Of a stretch of DNA of 64,000 bases, positions 1 through 9,901 are shown one piece after another (positions within the stretch are counted from its first letter, which is position 1; every line of letters begins with the position of its first letter). The translations under genes and the position numbers were made by a program. The notes under the pieces were generated by a model that saw only the letters and a list, made by a program, of their open reading frames with translations, was not told the origin of the DNA and did not search any database. Origin of the DNA: an uncultured Verrucomicrobiae bacterium. Lineage in GTDB: Bacteria; Verrucomicrobiota; Verrucomicrobiia; Chthoniobacterales; JAATET01. The stretch spans positions 192,001 to 256,000 of the forward strand of contig CAVRCI010000004.1 in NCBI GenBank assembly GCA_963719495.1. Direction: 5' to 3'.

Positions 1-132
1 TTCGAGGCGTTCATGGCGCCGCAGCGGGAGTTGTTTCGGAAGTTGGCGATTCCGCACGAGGTGATCCGAACGGACGCGGAGCCTTACGCGGCGATGGCCC
101 GGTTCCTGGCGGCGCGGGGGCGGTTGCGATGA
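1..132 (+). CDS. C-terminal fragment of probable DUF58-family protein (5' truncated by window)
   Basis: Frame 1 is open from base 1 (FEAFMAPQRELFRKLAIPHEVIRTDAEPYAAMARFLAARGRLR*). Its stop overlaps the next start (ATGA). The position before a BatA-domain gene is typical of DUF58. Confidence 0.6.
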   Translation, partial: FEAFMAPQRELFRKLAIPHEVIRTDAEPYAAMARFLAARGRLR

Positions 133-2195
133 TGTTTCTGGTGCCGTTGGGGTTGCTGGGGTTGGTGGGCGTGGCGGCTCCGCTGTGGCTGCATTTGCGG
201 CGGCGGCATCGAACGAACGTGCGGTCGTTCGCGGCGTTGCGGTTTCTGGACGATCAGCCGGCTCCGCGGGACATGCCGTTGAGGGTGCGGGAGTGGCCTT
301 TGTTTTTGCTTCGTTTGCTGGCGCTCGTTCTGGCGGTTTTGGCGTTGGCGGGGTTGATGTTCAATCGGTCGGCGGCGGCGGAAGGTGAAACGGAGGTGAG
401 GATTTATCTGCTGGATAATACGTTGAGTCACCGGGTGGACGGGGCGTTCGAGCGGGCGCGGCGGGAGGTGGCCCGGGAGGTGCGGTCGGCTCCGTCGGGG
501 GCGCAGGTGGGGGTGATCGAGATCGCGGCGCGGTGCCGGGTGGTGGCGGAGTTGGGGGGGGATCGGGCGGAGGGGGCGGCGGCGGTCGAGGCGCTGGAGC
601 CGACGCATCAGCGGGGGAGTTATCTGGAGGCGTTTCGGTTGGCGGCGGGGATGCTGGACCGGTCGTTGGGGGAGCGGCGGCGGATCCTGGTCTCCGGAGA
701 CCGGCAGCGAAATCAGTGGGAGGAGAATCTGAGCGTGCCGCCGTTTTTGGAGAACGTGGAGGTGGTGATGGCGGAGGCGGCGGGGCGGAACGGGGCGGGG
801 AATCTTTACACGGCGACGACGCGGGTGGGGCGGAAGCTGACGCGGGAGGCGGCGGTGACGGAGCTGACGCTGGATCTCGGCGCGCAGGAGGCGAACGGGC
901 GGGCGGAGATCGTGGTGCGGTCGGGGGAGCGGGAGGTGGTGCGTCAGGATCTGGCGCTGGATGCGGGGAATCTGACGGTGCGGGCGAATTGGAAGGATGA
1001 TTCGAAGGGGTGGGTGCGGGGGGAGGTGGAACTGAAGGGCGAGCCGGACGCGCTGCGGGAGGATGATCGGAGCTACTTCGCGGTGCCGCCGCTGGAGCCG
1101 GGGCGGATCGGGCTGATCGCGCGGTCGCCCTACCTGCGGGCGAGCCTGGATCCGGAGATCTCGGCGGGGGTGTGGGACGTGACGCGGTTGACGCCGGACG
1201 AGATTCGGGCGGAGGCGGGCGCGGATGCGCCGGGGTTCGACGCGGTGGTGGTGGAGAGCGATTATTTGCAGTCGGCGGAGGTGCGCGGGGTGGTGCTCAA
1301 GCATTTGAACAACGGGCGGGGGGTGGTGCTTTTCGTTTCGCGGACGACGCCGCTGGTGGAGGGATTTTTGCGGACGCTGGGGTTTTCGGGCGGGGAAGTG
1401 GTCGACTTCGCGGCGGAGGGGTCGGCGTTTCGGTATGCGGCGTTTTCGCATCCGGCGCTGTCGGCTTACTCGCGCCAGGATTTTGGGGATTTGCTGGCGG
1501 TGCGGGTGAGGAAGTATCTGGCGTTGGCGGCGGAGGAGGCGGACGGAATCCTGTTTGCGGGGGACGGGGTGCCGGTGGCGTTCGAGACGCGCGGGACGAA
1601 GGGGCGGATGCTGGTCTTTGGCTTTGGAGCGGACGCGGAGTGGACGAATTGGGTGCTGCGGCCCGACTTTTTGCCGTTTCTGGATGGGTGTCTGACGCAC
1701 GTGCGGGCGGCTCCGGAATTGCAGACTTCGGTGGAGCCGGGGGAGGTGCTTTATCGGGTGATGGAGCGCGGGGCGGGGGTGGAGTTTGCGCTGGCCGACG
1801 ATGGGGGGCGGGAGGCGACGCGGGCGGTGGCGGATGAGGCGGGGCGGCTGCGGATCGTGGCTCCGGACGCGCCGGGGATCTACGAGTTGCGGCGGTCCGG
1901 GGGGGCCGGGGGGGCTGGGGTTCAGCATGGGGCGAAAGGTCCGGAAGAGAAGACGAGTCTGGTGAGCGTGAGTCCGGATTCGGCGGAGTCGGTGCTGGAT
2001 TACATCGAGGGCACGCCCGCGGCGGTGGCGGCCTGGACTTTGCAGGCGAAGGACGCGCCGGTGGTGGCTCCGGCGCGGGCGGTAACAGCGGTGGCGGGGC
2101 GGGAGGAGACGTTGTGGTGGTGGTTGCTTTTGGGCGGGGCGGGGCTTCTACTCGCGGAGATGATCTGGACGAACCGGCGGGGGGAAACGGCGTGA
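129..2195 (+). CDS. BatA (N-terminal double-TM) and VWA-like domain membrane protein
   Basis: N-terminus P-L-W-L-H-L..RR..F-A-A-L-R-F-L..LLRLLAL of BatA type; degenerate MIDAS (LLDNTLS); C-terminal TM (LWWWLLLGG..LLAEMIW). Confidence 0.8.
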   Translation: MMFLVPLGLLGLVGVAAPLWLHLRRRHRTNVRSFAALRFLDDQPAPRDMPLRVREWPLFLLRLLALVLAVLALAGLMFNRSAAAEGETEVRIYLLDNTLSHRVDGAFERARREVAREVRSAPSGAQVGVIEIAARCRVVAELGGDRAEGAAAVEALEPTHQRGSYLEAFRLAAGMLDRSLGERRRILVSGDRQRNQWEENLSVPPFLENVEVVMAEAAGRNGAGNLYTATTRVGRKLTREAAVTELTLDLGAQEANGRAEIVVRSGEREVVRQDLALDAGNLTVRANWKDDSKGWVRGEVELKGEPDALREDDRSYFAVPPLEPGRIGLIARSPYLRASLDPEISAGVWDVTRLTPDEIRAEAGADAPGFDAVVVESDYLQSAEVRGVVLKHLNNGRGVVLFVSRTTPLVEGFLRTLGFSGGEVVDFAAEGSAFRYAAFSHPALSAYSRQDFGDLLAVRVRKYLALAAEEADGILFAGDGVPVAFETRGTKGRMLVFGFGADAEWTNWVLRPDFLPFLDGCLTHVRAAPELQTSVEPGEVLYRVMERGAGVEFALADDGGREATRAVADEAGRLRIVAPDAPGIYELRRSGGAGGAGVQHGAKGPEEKTSLVSVSPDSAESVLDYIEGTPAAVAAWTLQAKDAPVVAPARAVTAVAGREETLWWWLLLGGAGLLLAEMIWTNRRGETA

Positions 2196-2307
2196 GGGGG
2201 ATACCCATTCGAACCTTGGATGGACGCGGATGGCCACGGATTGGGTTGGGGGTTTTGCCGGGTCTTGGGTGGGGTCTCTTGACGTCGACCACTACGGGGG
2301 GATTGGT

Positions 2308-4821
2308 TTGAATCCGGAGGTCGAGCGGGTTTTCCGGGGGACGCTGGCTCGGTGGCGTTGGCTTTTGTTTGTCCGGTGGATTGGGTGGACGGTTTTGGGG
2401 GCTTGCTTGGGGGTGGTTGGGTTGGGGGCGATGGCGCTTCTCGGGGGGGTAACGGACGTCGGGGTGGCGGCTCTGGGGGTGGCGGCGGTGGTGCTTTTTG
2501 TGGGGATTGCTCTGGTGATCGGGGGGATTCGGGCGGCTTCGGCGGCTCGGGAGGAGGCTTGGCTGGCGGAGAGGATCGAGGGGGCGGCTCCGGCGCTGCT
2601 GGATCGATTGAACACGCTGGCGGATCTGGAGCGCCGGGGGTCGGGGCGGGAGTGGGTGCCGGCGATCGGGGAGCAGGCGGCGGGGGAACTCGCGCGGGCC
2701 GGCCGCATCCGGGCGGTGTCGGCGGAGCCGACGTGGATGGTGGTGGTGGCGGCTTCGATCGCACTGGCGGGAACCGTTTTTTTTCTGACGGAGACGCGGC
2801 CTTGGGACGAGCTCGGTCGGGAATCGGTGGCGGTGGTCGGGGCGGCGGAGGATGCGTTCGAGCTGGACCTGCCGGACGATACTTCCTCGCAAATGCGGGC
2901 GGCGTGGGGGGAGGTGCGGATCACCGAGCCGGGTGGGGATCTCAAACTGACGAAGGTCGACGTGCTGCCGATCACGGTCGAGGCGGCTTCGAACGAGGCT
3001 TTGCGGCGGGCTTCCTGGACGACGGCGGTGAATGGAGGGGCGGCGCGGGACCGGGTGCTGCCGGAGCCGCGGGAGCCGAATTACGCGGTTTACGAGCCGT
3101 TGCTGTATCTGGATGAGTTGGCGGTGGATGATTGGGACGTGGTGAGCTACTCGGCGTCGGCGCTGGCGGGGGAGGCGACGCGGTATTCGTCGGAGATTTT
3201 CTTCGTGGAAATCCGCCCGTTTCGCGAGGAGCTCATCAAGCTCGAGGGTGGCGGCGGTGGCGGCGCGGCGATGGCTTGTTTGAAGAAATTGAGCCGGTTG
3301 ATCGAGAAGCAGACCGACATCCTGCGCGGGACTCACCGGCAGGAGGGGCGTCCGGCGGAGACGTCGGAAGAGCGGGAGCAGGATCAGGCCAAATTGGTCG
3401 GGGCGCAGGGCGAGACGCGCGACGCGACGGCGCATCTCTACGGCGAGGTGGCGGAGATCGAGCACGAGGACATCGCGACGGTGTTGGATCAGTTGGCGCA
3501 AGCGAGGGACACGATGGATGGGGCGGTGGGGGCGCTGGAGACGTCGGACAACGGGTCGGCTTTGGCCGCGGAGCAACTGGCTTTGCAACAGCTCGTCGAG
3601 TCGCGGAAGGATTATTTGAAGGCGCTCGCGAATGGGGCTGGGGGAGGGAGTGGCGGGGCCGAGGAGTCGCAGCCGGTGGCGGGGATGGATCTGGACGGGA
3701 GGATTGCGGACATGGCGGAATTCCGCGACGCGCGGGCGGCGGCGATGACGGCGGTGCGGGAGGCGCGCGAGGCGCAGGAAGCGCTGGCGGAGGAGGCTGC
3801 CGCCACGGACAAGGCGGATCTGCCGGGGCTGGAATTGGAACAGAAGCGGATCGCGGCGACGCTCGAGGCGATGCGCGAGCGGGCGCCGGAGCCGTTCCAG
3901 GCGGCGGAGGCCGCGGCGGGGCAGGCGACGTCGGCGATGGGCGTGGCGGCCGATTCGCTGGCGGGCGGCGACCGGCAGGCCGCGGGGGACGCACGGGCGG
4001 CGGCGGAGAAATTGGCCGAGCTCGAAGCGGCCCTGGCGAGGCAGGACGCGCTGGAGGCGATGGCGGACGTCTACCGAATGAAGGCCGTGCTGGACGCGCA
4101 GGCGGAGCGCTTGGCGGAGTCGGGCGGGGATGCGACCGAGGCGGAGCGGAACGAGGAATTGGCGCAAGCGGGCGACCGGATCGAGCGGGCGAAGGCGGTG
4201 ATGGAGGAGACGCTCGAAGACACGGGCGCGGGGGAATTGTTCGGGCCGGGGCTGGGGAGATCGCTCGCCGGTGAGCCGGGCGAGCGATTGGACGCGGCGG
4301 CGAAAAAATTACAGGAAGGCGGCGGCGAGGGCGCGACCGAGGCGATGGCGGCTTTGGAGGAGATCGCGACGTCGTTCGAGGCGAGTCAGCCGGGATCGTT
4401 GCGCGGGGCGGGGGCGGACCGGCTGGCCGGACCGGGTGAAGTGAGCGACGCGGCGAGGATCCTGGGCGCACTGGCGAAGCGAATGGCGGAGCGGCGCGAG
4501 TTGAGCGACGAGGATCTGCGGCGGCAATTGGAGGAGGCTAGGCTGGCGCTCGTGGACGCGAGGGAGACGGCGGCGGTGCCGAAATTGGCGGCGCTCGCGG
4601 CGGATCTCGAAGCGATGTCGGGCGACGTGGACCTGGAGATCGACGAGGTGGCGCTGCGCAAGTTGGTGGACCGTCTGGAGTCGTATCGGCTGGAGATGGC
4701 GGACCTCGAACGGGAGATGCCGGTGGACCCGGCGTTGTTGAAATTCGACCCGGCGGAGGCTCCCGAGGAGTTTCGCGACCGGGTGCGGCGGTATTTCGAG
4801 AAATTGTCGGAGGGGGCGTGA
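2308..4821 (+). CDS. Large membrane-anchored coiled-coil protein (DUF4175-like)
   Basis: Three N-terminal TM helices, an Ig-like segment, a long Ala/Glu/Gln helical region and the C-terminal PEEFRDRVRRYFEKL motif. Start uncertain (TTG 2308 vs ATG 2230). Confidence 0.7.
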   Translation: MNPEVERVFRGTLARWRWLLFVRWIGWTVLGACLGVVGLGAMALLGGVTDVGVAALGVAAVVLFVGIALVIGGIRAASAAREEAWLAERIEGAAPALLDRLNTLADLERRGSGREWVPAIGEQAAGELARAGRIRAVSAEPTWMVVVAASIALAGTVFFLTETRPWDELGRESVAVVGAAEDAFELDLPDDTSSQMRAAWGEVRITEPGGDLKLTKVDVLPITVEAASNEALRRASWTTAVNGGAARDRVLPEPREPNYAVYEPLLYLDELAVDDWDVVSYSASALAGEATRYSSEIFFVEIRPFREELIKLEGGGGGGAAMACLKKLSRLIEKQTDILRGTHRQEGRPAETSEEREQDQAKLVGAQGETRDATAHLYGEVAEIEHEDIATVLDQLAQARDTMDGAVGALETSDNGSALAAEQLALQQLVESRKDYLKALANGAGGGSGGAEESQPVAGMDLDGRIADMAEFRDARAAAMTAVREAREAQEALAEEAAATDKADLPGLELEQKRIAATLEAMRERAPEPFQAAEAAAGQATSAMGVAADSLAGGDRQAAGDARAAAEKLAELEAALARQDALEAMADVYRMKAVLDAQAERLAESGGDATEAERNEELAQAGDRIERAKAVMEETLEDTGAGELFGPGLGRSLAGEPGERLDAAAKKLQEGGGEGATEAMAALEEIATSFEASQPGSLRGAGADRLAGPGEVSDAARILGALAKRMAERRELSDEDLRRQLEEARLALVDARETAAVPKLAALAADLEAMSGDVDLEIDEVALRKLVDRLESYRLEMADLEREMPVDPALLKFDPAEAPEEFRDRVRRYFEKLSEGA

Positions 4822-4855
4822 GGCTGGTCTTGGTTGGGTGGGTGGTGATTGGCGG

Positions 4856-7132
4856 ATGATGGGGGGGCGGGTGATTTTCGAGACTCCGTGGGTTGGGTTG
4901 GCGGTCGGCTTGATTGGGCTGGGGCTCGTTGTCTGGGGGTCGGCTGGATTGGCGCGGCGGGGGTTGCGGCGTGGGCGCGTGGGCGTGTTGGCTGGATTGC
5001 GGGCGGTGGCGGTGCTGGTGATCGCGGGGTTGCTGGCGCGCCCGGTGATCGTGGTGCCGCGGCCGGACGAAGCCGCGCGGCGGGACGTCGTGTTGCTCGT
5101 GGACCGGAGCGCGAGTATGGCGCTGGCGGACACCGAGTCGGGCGCGCGGCTGGCGGACGCGCTCGTGTTTGCGCGGGACGTGGTGGGGCCGGCGGTGCAG
5201 CGGGCGGGCTTCCGGGTGCGGCCGATGGTCTTCGACTCGACGGCGGAAGGGGTGGACGCGGCGGAGTTGGCGGTTGCCAAAGCGGAGGGGGTTGGCACGG
5301 ATCTGGGGGTCGCTTTTTCCGCGGCCTTGGCGGCGACGGCCCGGGAGCCGGCGGCGATCGTGGTGCTGACCGATGGCGCGGCGAACGAGATCGAGTCGAA
5401 TGGAGCGGCGGTCGCGGCGTTGCTGGCGACGCGCACGCCCGTGATCGCCGTGGGCGTGGGGTCGGACCGGGGCGTCGAGACCCTGGATCTCGCGGGCTTG
5501 GACGCGCCGGAGGCCGTGCCGCCGAACGCGACCTTCCGGATCGGCGCGAGGTTGGAGGCGAATCTCGCCGGGCCGCTGGGCGCGTTTGATTTGATCCTGC
5601 TGCGGGATGGGAAATTTCACGATCGCCGCAGGGTCGGTGGGGTGACGGGATCGCGGTATTGGTCGGAGAGTTTCGAACTGAGCGAGGCGGAGGAAGGTCG
5701 GCACGAGTATCGGGTGCGGATCGAGACGCCGGCGGCGGAGCGGGGGATCGTGCTGATCGAGAGCGAGGCCAAGGTCGCGGTGCGCGTGAGCCGCGAACGC
5801 GAATTGCGGGTGCTCTACATGCAGGGGGCGCTGACTTGGGATTTCAAATTCATCGGACTCGCGCTGCGGGGCGATCCGACGGTGCGGGTGACGGGCTTGA
5901 GCCGGACGAGCGAGCGGTCGGTCTTCCGACAAAACCTCGAGGAGCCGGGCGAGTTGCTGGACGGATTTCCCGACGACGTTGCGGACTTGGCGGCGTTTTC
6001 GGTCGTCGTGCTGTCGAGCTTGAGACCGTCGGAGCTGACGCCCGCGCAGCAGGAGGCGATCGCGTCGTTCTGCGCCGATTACGGCGGTGGAGTCTTGCTG
6101 ATCGGTGGACGGAATACTTTCGACGCGTCGTGGCGTGGGAGCCGTTTGGAACAAATGCTGCCCGTGCGTTTCGAGGACGACCGGGGGGTGCGCGGACTGG
6201 ATCCACCTTTTCAAATGCGGCTCACGGCGGAGGCGTTGGCGGACCCGGTTTTCGAGATCGGCGAGGCCGGGGAGACGGCGGACGCGTGGCGGAAGTTGCC
6301 GCCGTTCGACGATTACGGGCGGGTGGTCGAGGCGAAGGCCGGAGCGACCGTGTGGGCGGTGCATTCCGAAGACGTGGGGCCGGATGGCCAACCGCGCGTG
6401 CTGATGGCCGAGCAGCCCTACGGGTCGGGCACGGCGGTGGTGATCGCGCTTCAGAATCTCTGGAAATGGCGGCTGGCGAAGGATGCGGATCAGGGTCATT
6501 TCGATCGATTCTGGCAGCAACTCGTCCGGCGGCTGGCGGAGGCGGGACGGCAGGCGGTGCGGATCGAAGTGGCGGACCAGGAGCTGGGTCCGGGGCGGGA
6601 AATTCGATTGATTCTCAACCGTCGGGAGGCGGCCGACGACGCGGTGGCGGAGACGGAAACGGATGAGCAAGGGCCCCGGGCGGCGGAGGTCCTGCGCTTT
6701 CGGGTCACCACGGACCTTGGCGACACGGTCGCAAGCGAAAACATCGAGTTGGGGGGCGGGCAGCGGGCGGAGGTCGGGTTCACGCCGGATAAGGCGGGGA
6801 TTTACACCATCGACGTGATCGGTGAAGGCGACGTGGCGCTTGCAACGAGGACGCTGGAGATTCGCGAGCCGAACGTCGAAATGGCTCGCCCGGGGCGGGA
6901 CATGGAGACGCTGCGGCAGTGGTCGGCGATGAGCGCGGGGACGGCGTGGACGGTGGAGGAAGCGCGGGGACAAGTGGATGAGTTCGCGGCGGGCTTGAAG
7001 GAGCGGATCGAGGAGGCGAGTCGCACGCGGCTTCAACGCGAGCCCCTGGGGCCGGGTTTGTGGGCGATGGCGCTGGTGGTGCTGCCGCTGGGGGCGGGGT
7101 GGGTGCTGAGAAAGCGCTGGATGTTGCGGTGA
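4856..7132 (+). CDS. VWA plus glutamine-amidotransferase-like domain membrane protein
   Basis: Intact MIDAS (VDRSASM...TDLG...LTDG), GGGVLLIGG..F GATase-like motif, YGSG..V..W.WR motif, N- and C-terminal TMs. Confidence 0.8.
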   Translation: MMGGRVIFETPWVGLAVGLIGLGLVVWGSAGLARRGLRRGRVGVLAGLRAVAVLVIAGLLARPVIVVPRPDEAARRDVVLLVDRSASMALADTESGARLADALVFARDVVGPAVQRAGFRVRPMVFDSTAEGVDAAELAVAKAEGVGTDLGVAFSAALAATAREPAAIVVLTDGAANEIESNGAAVAALLATRTPVIAVGVGSDRGVETLDLAGLDAPEAVPPNATFRIGARLEANLAGPLGAFDLILLRDGKFHDRRRVGGVTGSRYWSESFELSEAEEGRHEYRVRIETPAAERGIVLIESEAKVAVRVSRERELRVLYMQGALTWDFKFIGLALRGDPTVRVTGLSRTSERSVFRQNLEEPGELLDGFPDDVADLAAFSVVVLSSLRPSELTPAQQEAIASFCADYGGGVLLIGGRNTFDASWRGSRLEQMLPVRFEDDRGVRGLDPPFQMRLTAEALADPVFEIGEAGETADAWRKLPPFDDYGRVVEAKAGATVWAVHSEDVGPDGQPRVLMAEQPYGSGTAVVIALQNLWKWRLAKDADQGHFDRFWQQLVRRLAEAGRQAVRIEVADQELGPGREIRLILNRREAADDAVAETETDEQGPRAAEVLRFRVTTDLGDTVASENIELGGGQRAEVGFTPDKAGIYTIDVIGEGDVALATRTLEIREPNVEMARPGRDMETLRQWSAMSAGTAWTVEEARGQVDEFAAGLKERIEEASRTRLQREPLGPGLWAMALVVLPLGAGWVLRKRWMLR

Positions 7133-7281
7133 TGCGGGGGGCGATTTCGCGTCGAGACCGTTTGGCTCGCTGGCGCCTTGTCGATCGCCGAGGAGGGATG
7201 CCGCGGCTCGCACGTCGGGAGGCGTGCGTTCCCCCGCTGAATCTCTTGGTCTCGGTGGGGTGGTTGTGGGAGAGTCCTCGG

Positions 7282-7941
7282 GTGGGACGGATCTTTTGGT
7301 TGTGGATTTGGATGGGGCTGGCCGGCGTCGTGGTGGCGGGGCCGTCGGACGACGCGAGCACGTTCTTCGTGGGGCGGTTGGCTTTCGGATCGAACAAGGG
7401 GTCGGACTGCGGCGATATTGGGGACGATCTGGTGAAACTGGTAGCACGGGCTTCGACGATCCAAGTGCGCGAGAAGCGGCTGCTCAACGTGTCGGACGAG
7501 GCGCTCTTCGAGACACCGTTCGTGTTCATGAACGGACACGACGATTTCGTTTTGTCGGAGGCCGAGCTCGAGAATTTGCGGCGTTACCTGACCAATGGCG
7601 GGTTCGCTTTTTCCTCCGGTTGCTGCACGAATCCGGCCTTTCCGGCGGCGTGGCGGCGGGAATTCAGCCGGGTCTTTCCGGGCGAGAAGGTGCGGCGGAT
7701 TCCTTACGACGACCTGATTTACCGGTCGTTCTATAAGCTGGATCGGCTGACCTCGGTCGAAAAGGGCGAGATCTGGCTGGAGGGGCTCTACCGTGAAGAT
7801 GAACTCGTCGCGGTGATGGGGGAGGACGGTCTGTGTTGCTCCTTCGCGATGGACGGGAGCTGCAACAAGGGCCACGGAGTGCCGCCGGACGAGGCGAAGA
7901 AAATCGCGCTCAACATCTGCGTCTACGCGCTGACGCATTGA
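7282..7941 (+). CDS. DUF4159 domain secreted protein
   Basis: PFVFMNGHDDFVLSEAELENLRRYLTNGGF and the C-terminal NICVYALTH motif. Start uncertain. Confidence 0.8.
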   Translation: MGRIFWLWIWMGLAGVVVAGPSDDASTFFVGRLAFGSNKGSDCGDIGDDLVKLVARASTIQVREKRLLNVSDEALFETPFVFMNGHDDFVLSEAELENLRRYLTNGGFAFSSGCCTNPAFPAAWRREFSRVFPGEKVRRIPYDDLIYRSFYKLDRLTSVEKGEIWLEGLYREDELVAVMGEDGLCCSFAMDGSCNKGHGVPPDEAKKIALNICVYALTH

Positions 7942-7990
7942 TCCGCTCGAAGCGGCGGAGTCAACGAGCGTTTGGGAATCTCGAGAATTC

Positions 7991-9117
7991 CTAATCAGCT
8001 GGTGGGCGGGCGGCTTCGTTGATGAGGCTCTGCCAAGCTGGGAAGCGGGAGGTCCCGGGGCCTCGGAGGTGATCGACGACGGACTGAAGATTGGGGTCGA
8101 GGAAGGTGGCCAATTCCATGAGCGGCAGGGCATGGGAGGGTTCGTAGAGACGGCCGGGGCGGCATTCTTCGAGTCCGGCGGCGGCGCGTTCGCGGTCGAG
8201 GGGCACCTGCGTGTTCACCCATTCGGCGTGAGTCCTCCGGCCCATGGCGTAGGGGACGAGGTAGTCGACGGAGCGCTGGATCGATGAGCCTTCCGGTGAT
8301 TCCCAGCGGTAAAATTCCTCGCCGGATTCACCGGACTCGCTGGCGAGCTGGACGATCGGCTCGAGTCCGCTGGCGCGATACGTGAGCGAGTCCCGCAACT
8401 CCAGGTCACGACTGCTGCCGTCGGCCCCCAGACGTCCCGCGACTTAGCGGCGCACGCCGGTGGTGACGGCGGCGTTCCAAGCCGGTTTGTCGAGGATGCG
8501 GGAGAAGACCGCGAGTAGCCGGACGTGTTTGGTGTAGCGGTTTGTGAAGCTGTCGGCATCATTCACTGATCGAAAGTGAAGAGCACCGAGCCGGGTGATC
8601 CAGTCGTCGATCCGGCGGCGGGTGGCATCTGCGAAGCTCGGGCGGAGGTGGAAGTAAGCGACAAAAACTGGCGTGAGCTTGTTCTCGTTTACGTCTTTGC
8701 CGTCGGGGTCGTAGATTTCGGCCCAGGCGGTGACGAGGCGGCGCAGTGCGGGACCGCTTTGGGATCCTCGGAAATTTGCCAGTAGCGGGTCAGCGCGGCA
8801 ACGTCGTCCATTTGCTCGAGCCGTCGGACGGAGGCGATGCGGCGGGGGTCGGTGTTGATGAGGCCTTCGTAATCGATGGTCGCGACGGGCGTGGGCTCGA
8901 CACCGAGGCGGGCGCCGCCGTCTTCTTGGGTCTCCGCGGCGATGTCCTTCGGGGCTGGATCAGTGCGGGCGATGGTCCGCAGCCTTTCGAGCTGTGCTGG
9001 GGCTAACGGGATGACGGGGCGGATATCGAATTCGCCCATTCCGTGACCAGCCGGGAGTGAAGCGATGAATTTGACTGCCATAGCCACCGCGAGCGCGATT
9101 GAAGTGAGACGACGCAT
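7991..9117 (-). pseudogene. Alginate-lyase-family secreted protein pseudogene
   Basis: Signal-peptide ORF from 9117 shifts frame near 8750 into ALRRLVTAWAEIYDPDGKDVNENKL..., hits an in-frame TAA at 8444-8446, then continues DGSSRDLELRDSLTY...SIQRSVDYLVPYAMG to the stop at 7991. Confidence 0.7.
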
Positions 9118-9244
9118 GCGGGTCAGGAAAACACGAGGCCACGCTGATCGCAGTCGGAGGCTTCCGACCGACGGGAGCCGCGTGGCCAACCTCTCTCGAT
9201 CAGCGCTTGGAAGTGGGGCCTGCCCGGGAGAGAATTGGAGTGCT

Positions 9245-9562
9245 TTGAAACTTCTGTTTGTCTGTGCGCGCAACCAGCGACGAAGTCCGACGGCCGCGGC
9301 GATTTACCAGAATGATCCGAGGTTCGACGTTCGGTCGGGTGGCGTGGCTGAGCGCAGTCGGCGCCGCGTCTCGGTGGGTGATCTCTCGTGGGCGGACCTC
9401 GTGCTGGTGATGGAGCGGAAGCACCTCCGGAGATTGGAAGTGCTTCATCCGGACTCCGATTTCGACGTTCGGATTCTCGACATCCCGGACGAGTTTGAAT
9501 TCATGGACGCCGATCTGATCGATCTGCTCCGCGACGCGGTAGACCGAGTTCTAATCCGCTAA
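9245..9562 (+). CDS. Low-molecular-weight protein-tyrosine-phosphatase-like protein
   Basis: LFVCARNQRRSPTA P-loop (CX5R), WADLVLVME and LDIPDEFEFMD motifs; TTG start. Confidence 0.85.
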   Translation: MKLLFVCARNQRRSPTAAAIYQNDPRFDVRSGGVAERSRRRVSVGDLSWADLVLVMERKHLRRLEVLHPDSDFDVRILDIPDEFEFMDADLIDLLRDAVDRVLIR

Positions 9563-9901
9563 CTTGATCCGATTGAAGAGGGCCTGCTTCGACTGTCCCC
9601 GGGAGGGCAAGGAAACGCGTTTTGATGGATGGTTATTTTCGTGAAAGAGCAGTTTGAGGCGTGGGGTCGATCCCAAGGTCGAAGTGAAGACGCCTGGGGG
9701 CAACAAAGTGGTGTGGTAGAGAGCACCCGGGGAGTGAACTTGCAGGCTATCCGGCAGTTCGGGGCCGACAAAAACGCGGAAATTTCCCAATATGAATGAC
9801 CAACCCCTCAACGGAAAAAGGAGACGTTGCGCCCGCGGATTTGTCAGAAATGATCGACTGCCCCCTTTCGCTCACGCAACTCCCCGAGCTAACATCCCGA
9901 C

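Noticed and set aside
84..7447. Very long minus-strand ORFs (614-969 aa), and similar antisense ORFs throughout the window
   Set aside because: Pro/Arg-rich shadow frames of GC-rich genes on the other strand; no motifs.
9600..9800. Ankyrin-like fragments (LRRGVDPK..., AIRQFGADKNA) in different frames
   Set aside because: Too short and broken to support a call without a search.
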